Positions 1-8,377 of a DNA stretch of 64,000 bases are shown piece after piece. The first letter of the stretch is position 1. Every line of letters begins with the position of its first letter. Both the position numbers and the translations under genes were made by a program. This stretch comes from an uncultured Erysipelotrichaceae bacterium (GTDB taxonomy: Bacteria > Bacillota_I > Bacilli_A > RFN20 > CAG-826): positions 34,049 to 98,048 of the forward strand of contig CADAIJ010000005.1 of NCBI GenBank assembly GCA_902787955.1, written 5' to 3'. The notes under the pieces are model-generated. The model ran no database searches and was not told where the DNA came from. It saw nothing but the letters and a program-made list of their open reading frames with translations.

Positions 1-750
1 ATCAGAATTTAACAAATCACCAACAGATGAACTTAAGATTTTACATAGTTCATCAAATGATTCGCTTTTGTTTATATTGTTTCTCTCTAAAATATCTGCA
101 AAATATGTCTTTTGGAAAAGTTTTTTAAGGTATGTTTCTTTTTCTTGCTTAGAAGAAAGCACTGCAAGAGGCATTCCTCCATGCATCATGTATTCATCAA
201 ACGCATCAACTTTGCTGCCACCAACATAGTTGTAAAATTCTTCAAAAGAAAGCGGGCACATGTGAATTTCTGTAGCCTTGTCTCTAAATTCAGTAATGAT
301 GTCACTAGATAGCATTTTTGAATTGCTGCCAGTTACGTATAGGTCAATATTTGGTTCTCTTGATAGTCCTAACACCACATCAACAAAAGAAATCACTTCT
401 TTGTCATTATCTTTAGCTAAAATAATCTTTTCTTCTGTCAATGTCGGATTGATGATTGTATATACCTTTTGTATTTCATCTAAAAAAACATAATGAATCT
501 CACTATTGGTACATATTGATCTAATATACTTGCCTAATTCAATTGGGTTTCTTAATTTTTCATTTTTGTCATCATCAAGTTCTAAAACAATAATGTTTTC
601 TTTCTTAATCCCATTATCTAGTAAATACTTTTTGTAAATATCTTTAAGAAGATATGATTTTCCACATCTGCGAATTCCAGTTATGACTTTAGGAAAACCG
701 TTTTCTTTAGCATCTATTAGTTGCTTTAAATACTTTGGCCTTTCAATCAT
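1..750 (-). CDS. AAA+ ATPase, AAA_14/DUF4143-type ATP-binding protein (N-terminal 250 codons; rest lies beyond window start)
   Basis: It is absent from the ORF track because it runs off the edge. My reverse-strand translation from ATG at 750 gives MIERPKYLKQLIDAKENGFPKVITGIRRCGKSYLLKDIYKKY...HYVFLDEIQKV... It has a Walker A-like GxxxCGKS and a Walker B-like VFLDEIQ. A GGAG Shine-Dalgarno lies just upstream, and the frame is open to position 1. Confidence 0.75.
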   Translation of the reverse strand, partial: MIERPKYLKQLIDAKENGFPKVITGIRRCGKSYLLKDIYKKYLLDNGIKKENIIVLELDDDKNEKLRNPIELGKYIRSICTNSEIHYVFLDEIQKVYTIINPTLTEEKIILAKDNDKEVISFVDVVLGLSREPNIDLYVTGSNSKMLSSDIITEFRDKATEIHMCPLSFEEFYNYVGGSKVDAFDEYMMHGGMPLAVLSSKQEKETYLKKLFQKTYFADILERNNINKSESFDELCKILSSSVGDLLNSD

Positions 751-765
751 ATTTTCTCCTTTTTT

Positions 766-779
766 GTGTAAATACACAT
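766..779. promoter_or_regulatory. Perfect palindrome TGTGTA-AA-TACACA between the predicted promoter and RBS of the ATPase gene (operator-like)
   Basis: The sequence tgtgtaaatacaca is flanked by A/T runs and lies 16 nt upstream of the ATG at 750. Confidence 0.3.
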
Positions 780-792
780 TTTTTTCGATTTT

Positions 793-821
793 ATTGTATA
801 AGATAGAAACTTAAATAGCAA
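793..821 (-). promoter_or_regulatory. Sigma-70-like promoter for the ATPase gene
   Basis: The minus strand reads TTGCTA, a 17 nt spacer, then TACAAT. Confidence 0.4.
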
Positions 822-843
822 CATGTAAAGTTATAGAAGCAAA

Positions 844-867
844 GAAAAAGAAGGCTTTACTCCTTCT
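844..867 (-). terminator. Rho-independent terminator-like hairpin ending the glnN/purB-remnant/ORF-free transcript
   Basis: The minus strand reads AGAAGG-AGTAAAG-CCTTCT followed by TTTTTCTTT. Confidence 0.45.
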
Positions 868-1353
868 TCTTCGACTTTTTATATTCACTGATCGGTATCG
901 TCATCCAGTGACAGGAGAAGTCACCAAGACTATGTAAAACGTTCAGCATACTGTAGTTGGCTGAACTCATTTATCCGCTTTTGGACAATTTCATCTATCC
1001 GTATTATGTCGTGTTTATAATCATTCGCGAATAAGAAAAAAAGAGAACATTTAAAAGACCATAATTAAATCTTTGATAATTTATCTACTTTTAACAAAAA
1101 CAAGCGACACATGGTCCCTAAAGCAAAATAAAAGGCTACCCCATGAAATCTGTTAAAAGTGAGGTAGCCATATGCGATGTGAGAGGTAAAAAATAAAGTA
1201 GAGGTTGGAATATGCTATAAAAGGAGTAATTTGTAATAGATGGTACTCTCGCATCATCCACTATTACCATGTAAGATGGACACAGACAACCCACATCTTA
1301 CGCAACTATTATGACATTTATTTAAGTTGATTTGGTCCCTGCTCAAGAGACAA

Positions 1354-1554
1354 TTAAGCTTGTCCTTCAAGTTCTTCAATCGCTTTTAAATCAACATGAG
1401 CTTTTTTAACGATATTTAAATAATCTTTTTCAGGAATAAGGCCTAACTTAAAATACGCTTCGATAACGGCTTCTTCAATTAATAAGTAATTGTGGAATCA
1501 ATTTTTATCGGAAAAGACATTTTCAAATTCTTTTGATGAGTATCTCTTAATCAT
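1354..1554 (-). pseudogene. purB: Adenylosuccinate lyase (purB) N-terminal remnant, 66 codons with an in-frame TGA at codon 19
   Basis: The translation is MIKRYSSKEFENVFSDKN*FHNYLLIEEAVIEAYFKLGLIPEKDYLNIVKKAHVDLKAIEELEGQA*. This matches the PurB N-terminus pattern (MIERYSRPEM..IW..EN.F..WLEVE..). Full-length PurB is about 430 aa, so the remainder is missing. Confidence 0.7.
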
Positions 1555-1572
1555 AGTTAGGCCTCGCTCTTA

Positions 1573-3666
1573 TTAATGTTCTGAGAATAATAATTCTTCG
1601 TATGTTGGCATTGGCCAGTAATTCTTTGGCATCAATGTTTCACATTCGTCCACTACTGCTCTGAGTTTAGCCATAAGCGGCAATAATGTATCTTTGATAA
1701 TGAAAGCTTGCTTTTCAAAACAATCAATTTTATTAGCTTCCAAATATTTATCATTTAAAGCGGTGGTTAGCTCATCAATTTTTGTGAGATTATTGCACAA
1801 TTTATCAAGTGTATTTTTTTGATAATTGGTGGAGATTGATTTATCAATAGCGATTAAGTTAGTAATATTGTTAGCTAATTTACCAATGTATTTATTAATC
1901 GCTGGCATGATATTTCTTTTAGCAAGATGCACCATTGTTTTAACTTCGATATCTAAGGATTTGACATAGTTTTCAAAATCAATTTCTTGTCTCGCTTTAA
2001 GCTCGATATCGTTTAAGACATTATGCTCGCCAAATAATTTGACATTCTTTTCGTCCATTAAATGCGCAAGAGCATCTGGTGTAGTTGGGAAATTACACAA
2101 ACCGCGTTCTTTAGCCTCTTCCACCCAAGTGTCGTTATAACCATTACCAGAGAACAAGATTTTTTGATGCTCTTTGATCGTATGTTTAACGATAGCATGT
2201 ATGGCTTTATCGACATTATCACTAGTCTCTAATAGATCAGAGAATGCTCTTAAAGATTCCGCCACTGCCGTATTTAAAACTGTATTAGCGTCACTAACAC
2301 CTTTATTGCTACCCGGCATTCTAAATTCGAATTTATTGCCAGTATAGGCGAATGGGGATGTTCTATTTCTATCGGTATTATCTTTAACAAGACTTGGTAA
2401 AACGCCACTACCTAATAAGATTCTTTCTTTATGTGACTCAAACTCTTCATCGTCATTAGCGATTGCTTTTAAGACTTTATCTAATTCGTCACCTAAGAAA
2501 ATAGAGATAATCGCTGGTGGCGCTTCATTTTTGCCTAAACGATGGTCATTAGAAGCGGAAGCAACACTAATTCTTAATAAATCTTGATAATCATCAACCG
2601 CTTTAATAACTGCTGCTAAGAATAATAAGAAAACTTGGTTTTTAAATGGTGTGTCTCCAGGGGATAAAAGATTAATTCCTGTATCTGTAGAGATAGACCA
2701 GTTATTGTGTTTACCACTTCCATTAACGCCTTCAAATGGCTTTTCATGGAATAAGATAACAAAGTTATGTTTATCAGCAATCTTAGTCATCATTTCCATC
2801 ACTAATTGGTTTTGGTCACACGCTAAATTACATGTTGTATAAATAGTTGCTAACTCGTGTTGTGCGGGAGCGACTTCATTATGTTCGGTTTTTGCAGAGA
2901 TGCCTAATTTCCAAAGTTCTCTATCAACTTCTTCCATAAAAGAGGCGACACGTGGTTTAATGACACCAAAATAATGGTCATCCAATTCCTGACCTTTTGG
3001 AGATGGCGCACCAAATAGAGTTCGACCGGTTAAAACAAGGTCAAGTCTTTTTCCAAACATCGTTTTATCAATAAGGAAGTATTCTTGTTCTGGACCAACA
3101 TTTGTGACGATATGTTTAACATCATTCATCTTTAAGACTTTAAAAACTCTTAAAGCTTGCTTGTTCAAAGCATCAATACTTCTTAATAATGGAGTCTTCT
3201 TATCTAAAGCGTAACCACCATAGGAGCAGAATGCTGTTGGAATGCATAATGTATTGCCCTTAATAAAGGCATAGCTTGTCGGATCCCAAGCAGTATAACC
3301 TCTAGCTTCGAATGTGCTTCTTAAACCACCAGATGGGAAAGATGAAGCATCTGGTTCACCTTTAATTAATTCTTTGCCTGATAATTCTAAGATTGGATTA
3401 CCAGAGGAAACAGTAGTTAAGAAACTTTCGTGTTTTTCAGCGGTAATACCCGTTAATGGTTGGAACCAGTGTGTATAGTGAGTTGCACCATTAGCGATGG
3501 CCCAATCTTTCATGGCTTCCGCTACAGCGCTCGCTAGTGTTGAGTCTAAAGACTCACCATTTTTAATTGTTTGTTCTAATTTATCGAAAACATCTTGACT
3601 AAGCGCTTTTTTCATCGCTATTTCGTTAAAGACGAGTTTTCCAAATTCTTCTGGAACTATTTTCAT
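1573..3666 (-). CDS. glnN: Glutamine synthetase, type III (about 700 aa class)
   Basis: The ORF is 699 aa, and its length and sequence are typical of GSIII (..NGSGKHNNWS.., ..FEFRMPGS..). I place the start at the third-codon ATG (MKIVPEE) because GGAG lies 9 nt upstream of it. The ATG at 3672 is only 3 nt from the SD. Confidence 0.88.
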   Translation of the reverse strand: MKIVPEEFGKLVFNEIAMKKALSQDVFDKLEQTIKNGESLDSTLASAVAEAMKDWAIANGATHYTHWFQPLTGITAEKHESFLTTVSSGNPILELSGKELIKGEPDASSFPSGGLRSTFEARGYTAWDPTSYAFIKGNTLCIPTAFCSYGGYALDKKTPLLRSIDALNKQALRVFKVLKMNDVKHIVTNVGPEQEYFLIDKTMFGKRLDLVLTGRTLFGAPSPKGQELDDHYFGVIKPRVASFMEEVDRELWKLGISAKTEHNEVAPAQHELATIYTTCNLACDQNQLVMEMMTKIADKHNFVILFHEKPFEGVNGSGKHNNWSISTDTGINLLSPGDTPFKNQVFLLFLAAVIKAVDDYQDLLRISVASASNDHRLGKNEAPPAIISIFLGDELDKVLKAIANDDEEFESHKERILLGSGVLPSLVKDNTDRNRTSPFAYTGNKFEFRMPGSNKGVSDANTVLNTAVAESLRAFSDLLETSDNVDKAIHAIVKHTIKEHQKILFSGNGYNDTWVEEAKERGLCNFPTTPDALAHLMDEKNVKLFGEHNVLNDIELKARQEIDFENYVKSLDIEVKTMVHLAKRNIMPAINKYIGKLANNITNLIAIDKSISTNYQKNTLDKLCNNLTKIDELTTALNDKYLEANKIDCFEKQAFIIKDTLLPLMAKLRAVVDECETLMPKNYWPMPTYEELLFSEH

Positions 3667-3680
3667 AATCATTTTCTCCT

Positions 3681-4000
3681 TTATTCGTATTCAATCGTGG
3701 CTGGAGGTTTACTAGTAATGTCATAGACCACTATATTAACACCTTGAACCTCATTCACTATTCTTTGACTTGCCTCATCAAGAATCTTATAAGGCAATTT
3801 GACATAATTAGCAGTCATGAAGTCAGCTGTAGAAACCGCTCTTAAGGCTATCGTATATTGTCTCCCATCACATCAACGCTTCGAATATTAGTTAAGACAG
3901 CGAAATACTGACTGATTTTGTTTTGATATTCATTTTTAGCAATGACTTCTCTAAAGATATAATCGGCATCCTTTAAGATATTTAATTTATCTTCTGATAT
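3681..4000 (-). pseudogene. guaA: GMP synthase (guaA) C-terminal remnant with an internal frameshift, 5'-truncated at the pyrG stop
   Basis: Frame A (4000-3864) reads [46 protein letters not shown]. Frame B (3863-3681) reads [60 protein letters not shown]. This is the canonical GuaA C-terminus (..VMGDxRx[19 protein letters not shown]). The frame breaks near 3861-3866. Confidence 0.78.
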
Positions 4001-5589
4001 TTACCTTCTAAAGCTGATGATATTAAACCCACGAATAATGGATGTGGTTTGGTAGGTCTAGATTTAAATTCTAGATGGAACTGTGAACCTATATAATATT
4101 TGCAAGCTGGGCATTCCACGATTTCCACTAAATTTTTATTTGGGGATAAGCCACTTAAGACTAATCCTTTATCGATGAATTCTTGACGATAGATGTTATT
4201 GAACTCATATCTATGTCTATGGCGCTCGTTAATCATGTCTTTGCCGTATAGCGATTTTGCTAGGCTATCTTTTTGTAAAGAACAAGGGTAGCTACCTAGT
4301 CTCATAGTGGCACCTTTGGCGACGATATTAACTTGTTCAGGTAATAAATCAATGACAGCGTGCGCTGTATTTGGATTGAATTCACTGGAGTTAGCGTCCT
4401 TATAACCTAGCACGTGTCTAGCGTATTCAATAACCATCACTTGCATGCCTAAACAAATGCCTAAACATGGTAGATTATTTTCTCTTGCATATTTGGCTGC
4501 ATCAATCATCCCTTCAATGCCGCGCACACCGAAACCACCAGGAATAATTATTCCATCAGCGGCTTTGAGCTTTTCTTTAACGTTTTTAACGGTTAGTTCT
4601 TCGGAGTTAATCCAAAGGATTTCCGCTTTCGCATCTAGTAATGAAGCAGCATGGAAGATTGATTCTTCAACGCTTAAATAAGCGTCGTGCAATTCTGTAT
4701 ATTTACCAACAAGAGCGATTTTCACTTTTCTATGGGCATTTTTGATTTTATCCACCATTGCAGTCCATTTTTCTAAATCTGGTTTAGTAATTGGAAGATG
4801 TAGTTTTTCGCAAACAATATCAGAAAGGCCCTCTTTTTCTAAAAGAAGAGGTACTTCATAAATACTACTAGCGGTTAAATTCTCAATAATCGCTCTTTTA
4901 TCAATATCGCATAATAAAGCAATCTTATTTTTGATTTCTTGGGTTAATGGTTGAGTGGAACGGCACACTAGGACATCTGGTTGAATGCCTAAGGAATTAA
5001 GTTCTCTAACGGAATGTTGGACTGGTTTACTCTTGAGTTCACCACTACCAGGTATTTCAACAATAAGTGGGACGTGAATATAAATAACGTTTTCTCTACC
5101 CTTATCTTGACCAACTTGTCTAATCGCTTCTAAAAATGGTAATGATTCAATATCTCCAACAGTACCACCAATCTCACATATGGCGATATCAATGTTTTGC
5201 TTTTCAGAAATATAAATCCAATTCTTTATTTCATCAATAACATCAGGAATGATTTGAACAGTTCTTCCTAAATAGCCACCAGTTCTTTCTCTATTGATGA
5301 CATTCCAATAAATCTTGCCAGAAGAAACTGAGCAAGATGCATCTAAAGAAACATTAGCGAATCTTTCATAGTGACCTAAGTCTAAATCTGTTTCCGCTCC
5401 ATCATCAGTGACAAACACTTCACCATGTTGATAAGGAGACATTGTCCCTGGGTCAACATTTAAATAAGGATCAAATTTTTGATTTTTAACACTATAGCCT
5501 CTTTGTTTTAATAAACGGGCTAAAGAAGCGGCACAAATCCCTTTACCTAACCCAGAAACAACACCGCCTGTGACAAAGATATATTTCAT
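3982..5589 (-). CDS. pyrG: CTP synthase
   Basis: [17 protein letters not shown] is the canonical N-terminus. The glutamine amidotransferase domain shows GICLGMQ. I trimmed the start from the track's 5622 to the conserved MKYIFVTGG. Confidence 0.95.
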   Translation of the reverse strand: MKYIFVTGGVVSGLGKGICAASLARLLKQRGYSVKNQKFDPYLNVDPGTMSPYQHGEVFVTDDGAETDLDLGHYERFANVSLDASCSVSSGKIYWNVINRERTGGYLGRTVQIIPDVIDEIKNWIYISEKQNIDIAICEIGGTVGDIESLPFLEAIRQVGQDKGRENVIYIHVPLIVEIPGSGELKSKPVQHSVRELNSLGIQPDVLVCRSTQPLTQEIKNKIALLCDIDKRAIIENLTASSIYEVPLLLEKEGLSDIVCEKLHLPITKPDLEKWTAMVDKIKNAHRKVKIALVGKYTELHDAYLSVEESIFHAASLLDAKAEILWINSEELTVKNVKEKLKAADGIIIPGGFGVRGIEGMIDAAKYARENNLPCLGICLGMQVMVIEYARHVLGYKDANSSEFNPNTAHAVIDLLPEQVNIVAKGATMRLGSYPCSLQKDSLAKSLYGKDMINERHRHRYEFNNIYRQEFIDKGLVLSGLSPNKNLVEIVECPACKYYIGSQFHLEFKSRPTKPHPLFVGLISSALEGKYQKIN

Positions 5590-5717
5590 ATTCGACAACC
5601 AACTATGGCGATATACTACCACGTATAATTATCAACAATGAAATACATATAACATTATGGTTATCATATATTTTTTGTATGTTAACTTTTACTTACTTGT
5701 TATTAATAAATAATGCC

Positions 5718-6899
5718 CTATTTATAATAGTTATACAGTTTTTTAAAGGCAGGTAAAGAGTTTACAATTTGTTGATAAGAGACACAATAAGCAATTCTTA
5801 CATAGCCCTTATAATCAAATGGATCGCTAGGAACTAACAGTAATTCAAACTTTTTAGCGGTCTCACTAAATTTCTCGGCATCTTCGTCTAAAGCTTTAAC
5901 GAATAAATAGAAAGCCCCTGTTGGTTTTACTACCTCATAGCCGATTTCTTTTAACGAGCGATAGAGAAGTTCTTGATTCTTTTTATATTCATCTAAATTA
6001 CTGGTATAACCTAAAACATAAGGTATGAGATGTTGAAATAATGCAGGCGCGCATATATAACCAAGCATTGATGCCGCACCACAAATAAGCGCATAGATAT
6101 CATTAACATCTTCACATTTTGGATTAACAACAATATAGCCAATTCTTTCGCCAGGGAGAGATAAACATTTAGAAAATGAATAGCACACTAAAGAATTATC
6201 ATAATAATTAGTGATAAACGGATATTTCTCTTCTTTATATAATAGTTCTCGATATGGTTCATCGGAAACTAAATAAATGGGATGGTCATATTCTTTTTCT
6301 TTCTTTGAAAGAATATCCACTAATTTCTTAATAATGTCTTCATTATAAAAGGAACCTGTAGGATTATTAGGGGAATTATAAAGTACTATTTTAGTTTTAT
6401 GAGTAATTTTCTTTTCTAAATCAATAAAATCAGGCAAGAAATCTTGGTCGGGAAGAACGGGCACTAAAACACCACCCATTGCTTCTACATATGTGCGATA
6501 TTCAGGAAAATGCGGAGCAAACACTATCATTTCTTCATATGGAGTAATTAAAGCTTTAATAACTATCGCTAACGAAGCCGCTGCACCACAAGTTAAAAAG
6601 ATATATCTACCATCTAATTTAGTCTCATATGTCTTGTTTAAATAAGAAGCGATAGAATCTCTCACATTTTTTTCACCAGCACTTACTGTATAGCCATGTA
6701 TTTTAACCGAATCTTCTTCCGTTAATATTTTTACTAATGTTTCATTGACTATACTTGGTGCCGGAATGGAAGGATTACCAATACTAAAGTCAAAGACTTT
6801 ATCTTCCCCAATTTCCGCTTTTCTTTGTAAGGCATATGTATATAAATCTCTAATTGTGGATTGGCTATATCCAATTTCTAACATTTTCTTATTAAACAT
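5718..6899 (-). CDS. PLP-dependent aminotransferase (class I, AspC/AlaT-like)
   Basis: The ORF is 393 aa and has NPxNPTG, SFSKxxxxPGxRIGY (PLP lysine) and LVPS motifs. Confidence 0.85.
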   Translation of the reverse strand: MFNKKMLEIGYSQSTIRDLYTYALQRKAEIGEDKVFDFSIGNPSIPAPSIVNETLVKILTEEDSVKIHGYTVSAGEKNVRDSIASYLNKTYETKLDGRYIFLTCGAAASLAIVIKALITPYEEMIVFAPHFPEYRTYVEAMGGVLVPVLPDQDFLPDFIDLEKKITHKTKIVLYNSPNNPTGSFYNEDIIKKLVDILSKKEKEYDHPIYLVSDEPYRELLYKEEKYPFITNYYDNSLVCYSFSKCLSLPGERIGYIVVNPKCEDVNDIYALICGAASMLGYICAPALFQHLIPYVLGYTSNLDEYKKNQELLYRSLKEIGYEVVKPTGAFYLFVKALDEDAEKFSETAKKFELLLVPSDPFDYKGYVRIAYCVSYQQIVNSLPAFKKLYNYYK

Positions 6900-6976
6900 C
6901 GCATTAAATTCCTTTAATAAAGTATACTAGCACATTGAACTAGTTATACATAAATACATATAATTGAATAGTAATA

Positions 6977-6991
6977 ATACGTTTTTCGTAT
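6977..6991. promoter_or_regulatory. LysR-type T-N11-A palindrome (ATACG-TTTTT-CGTAT) in the divergent aminotransferase/LysR intergenic region
   Basis: A perfect 5+5 inverted repeat lies directly upstream of the LysR gene's RBS. Confidence 0.35.
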
Positions 6992-7004
6992 AGTAGGAGA
7001 TCAT

Positions 7005-7886
7005 ATGGACATTAAGACACTTCGCTACTTCATTGTGGTCGCCGAGGAATTAAATATTACAAGAGCGGCTAAGATTTTGATGATGAGCCAGCCACCACTT
7101 TCTAATCAAATTAAGAATTTAGAAGAAGAGTTGAATACGACTTTATTTATCAGAGGAAAAAGGCATTTAGAATTAACTGAAGAAGGTAAATTTCTCTATC
7201 AAAAGGCTAAAGATATCATTTATTTAAATGAAAAGACTGTTAATGAAATCTTATTAATGAATAAGGGTTTAAGTGGCACGATTGCTATCGGTTTAGTGGA
7301 AGGCACCGCTCCTGATATCGCTGCGGAATGGATTTCTGAATTCTTAATGATTCATCCGCGTGTTAAATTTAGAATTCTTGATGGTAATAGCGATGATTTA
7401 ATTGAAAAGATGCGCGCCGGATTAATTTCTCTCGCCGTTATTACTTCTCCATATGATCAAATCTTATTAAACAGTTTTAAAGTTGGCGAAGAAAAGATGG
7501 TCGCTTTTATGAATAAAGACCATCCATTAGCTAAATCCCCAAAAGAAAAGATTTCAATTGAAGAATTAAAAGATGAAAAGATTATTGTTCCTAGTAGAAA
7601 AATCTATGTCGACGGCATTAGTAAATGGTTTAGAAAAATCCATGTTGATCCAAACATTGTTTGTGAAATGGATAATTATTTAGATGCAGCGGCGATGGCG
7701 GGGAGAGGTGTAGGCATCTCTATATTCCCTAAAACCGCTTATATTATGAATAATTCTTTGATTACTAAAGAAATTGAAGGCGAAGATAAAAAAGTCGACT
7801 ACTTATTCGTCTGGAGAAAGGGTCATCAACTATCCACTCTCGAAGAGAATTTCATCGACTTTATTAAAAATAAATATGCTAATTAA
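7005..7886 (+). CDS. LysR family transcriptional regulator
   Basis: The N-terminal HTH reads MDIKTLRYFIVVAEELNITRAAKILMMSQPPLSNQIKNLEEEL, followed by a LysR substrate-binding domain of typical length. Confidence 0.9.
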   Translation: MDIKTLRYFIVVAEELNITRAAKILMMSQPPLSNQIKNLEEELNTTLFIRGKRHLELTEEGKFLYQKAKDIIYLNEKTVNEILLMNKGLSGTIAIGLVEGTAPDIAAEWISEFLMIHPRVKFRILDGNSDDLIEKMRAGLISLAVITSPYDQILLNSFKVGEEKMVAFMNKDHPLAKSPKEKISIEELKDEKIIVPSRKIYVDGISKWFRKIHVDPNIVCEMDNYLDAAAMAGRGVGISIFPKTAYIMNNSLITKEIEGEDKKVDYLFVWRKGHQLSTLEENFIDFIKNKYAN

Positions 7887-8003
7887 TGTTTTTAAGAACT
7901 TAATATTATTAAAGCAACTTAATAGTTAAATAAGGAATTATTAATAAAATATATTTATAAAAGAAATGCATCAAATGGCTCGAATACGAGTAAACAAAAA
8001 AAG

Positions 8004-8031
8004 AAAAAAAGCCGCTATTATTACACGGCTC
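8004..8031 (-). terminator. Rho-independent terminator downstream of tRNA-Ala
   Basis: The minus strand reads AGCCG-TGTAATAATAG-CGGCT followed by TTTTTTTC. Confidence 0.55.
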
Positions 8032-8099
8032 TATCTTGGATAAGTCGTTTTGTCCAACTTTGGATAAGTGACTTTGGACAACGACAACTTGGCTACAAA

Positions 8100-8175
8100 T
8101 GGTGGACCTGACCAGGATCGAACTGGCGACCTCCTCGTTGCGAACGAGGCGCTCTCCCAACTGAGCTACAGGCCC
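8100..8175 (-). tRNA. tRNA-Ala (anticodon CGC), CCA encoded
   Basis: The reverse complement is GGGCCTGTAGCTCAGTTGGGAGAGCGCCTCGTTCGCAACGAGGAGGTCGCCAGTTCGATCCTGGTCAGGTCCACCA. It folds as a cloverleaf with the G3:U70 alanine identity pair and anticodon loop TTCGCAA. Confidence 0.9.
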
Positions 8176-8185
8176 GTGAGTAATA

Positions 8186-8214
8186 ATATTAATTACAATT
8201 GTGATGAAAATCAA
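8186..8214 (-). promoter_or_regulatory. Candidate promoter for tRNA-Ala
   Basis: The minus strand reads TTGATT, 17 nt, TAATAT, ending 10 nt before the mature 5' end. Confidence 0.3.
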
Positions 8215-8377
8215 ATCAAAGTAGTAATATTTACCCACTTTTTATTGCTTTATCGAGATTATTTCCCATAATATTATCCCTTTAAAACTAAGATAAATTC
8301 TAGCACAGAAACACTACAAAACAAATCGAACAAATAGATTAAACTAAGCTGATTTTTATAATAGAATTTATAGTGCT

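Noticed and set aside
845-1353. The ORF-free structured region could be tmRNA, RNase P RNA or a T-box.
   Set aside because: I could not find the tRNA-like 3' end of tmRNA (..GGTTCGA..CCACCA). The RNase P core GAGGAAAGTCC and the T-box AGGGTGGNACCGCG are also absent on both strands. It is kept only as an unclassified candidate.
1498-1500. The in-frame TGA in the purB stub could be evidence for a TGA=Trp (code 4) organism.
   Set aside because: The window encodes a full RF2 whose expression depends on TGA being a stop (CTT TGA C frameshift). TGA also terminates intact genes such as the Y-family polymerase at 9620-9622. The purB stub is truncated anyway, so the TGA is best read as a pseudogene lesion.
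7909-8238. A 109-aa ORF and an overlapping 67-aa ORF (8068-8271) lie across the tRNA-Ala locus.
   Set aside because: They are translations of the tRNA gene and its flanks, with low-complexity text and no RBS. I treat them as spurious.
8327-8340. A LexA (Cheo) box may lie upstream of the Y-family polymerase.
   Set aside because: Only the left half-site CGAAC fits. The right half reads AGATT instead of GTTCG, so the match is too weak to call.
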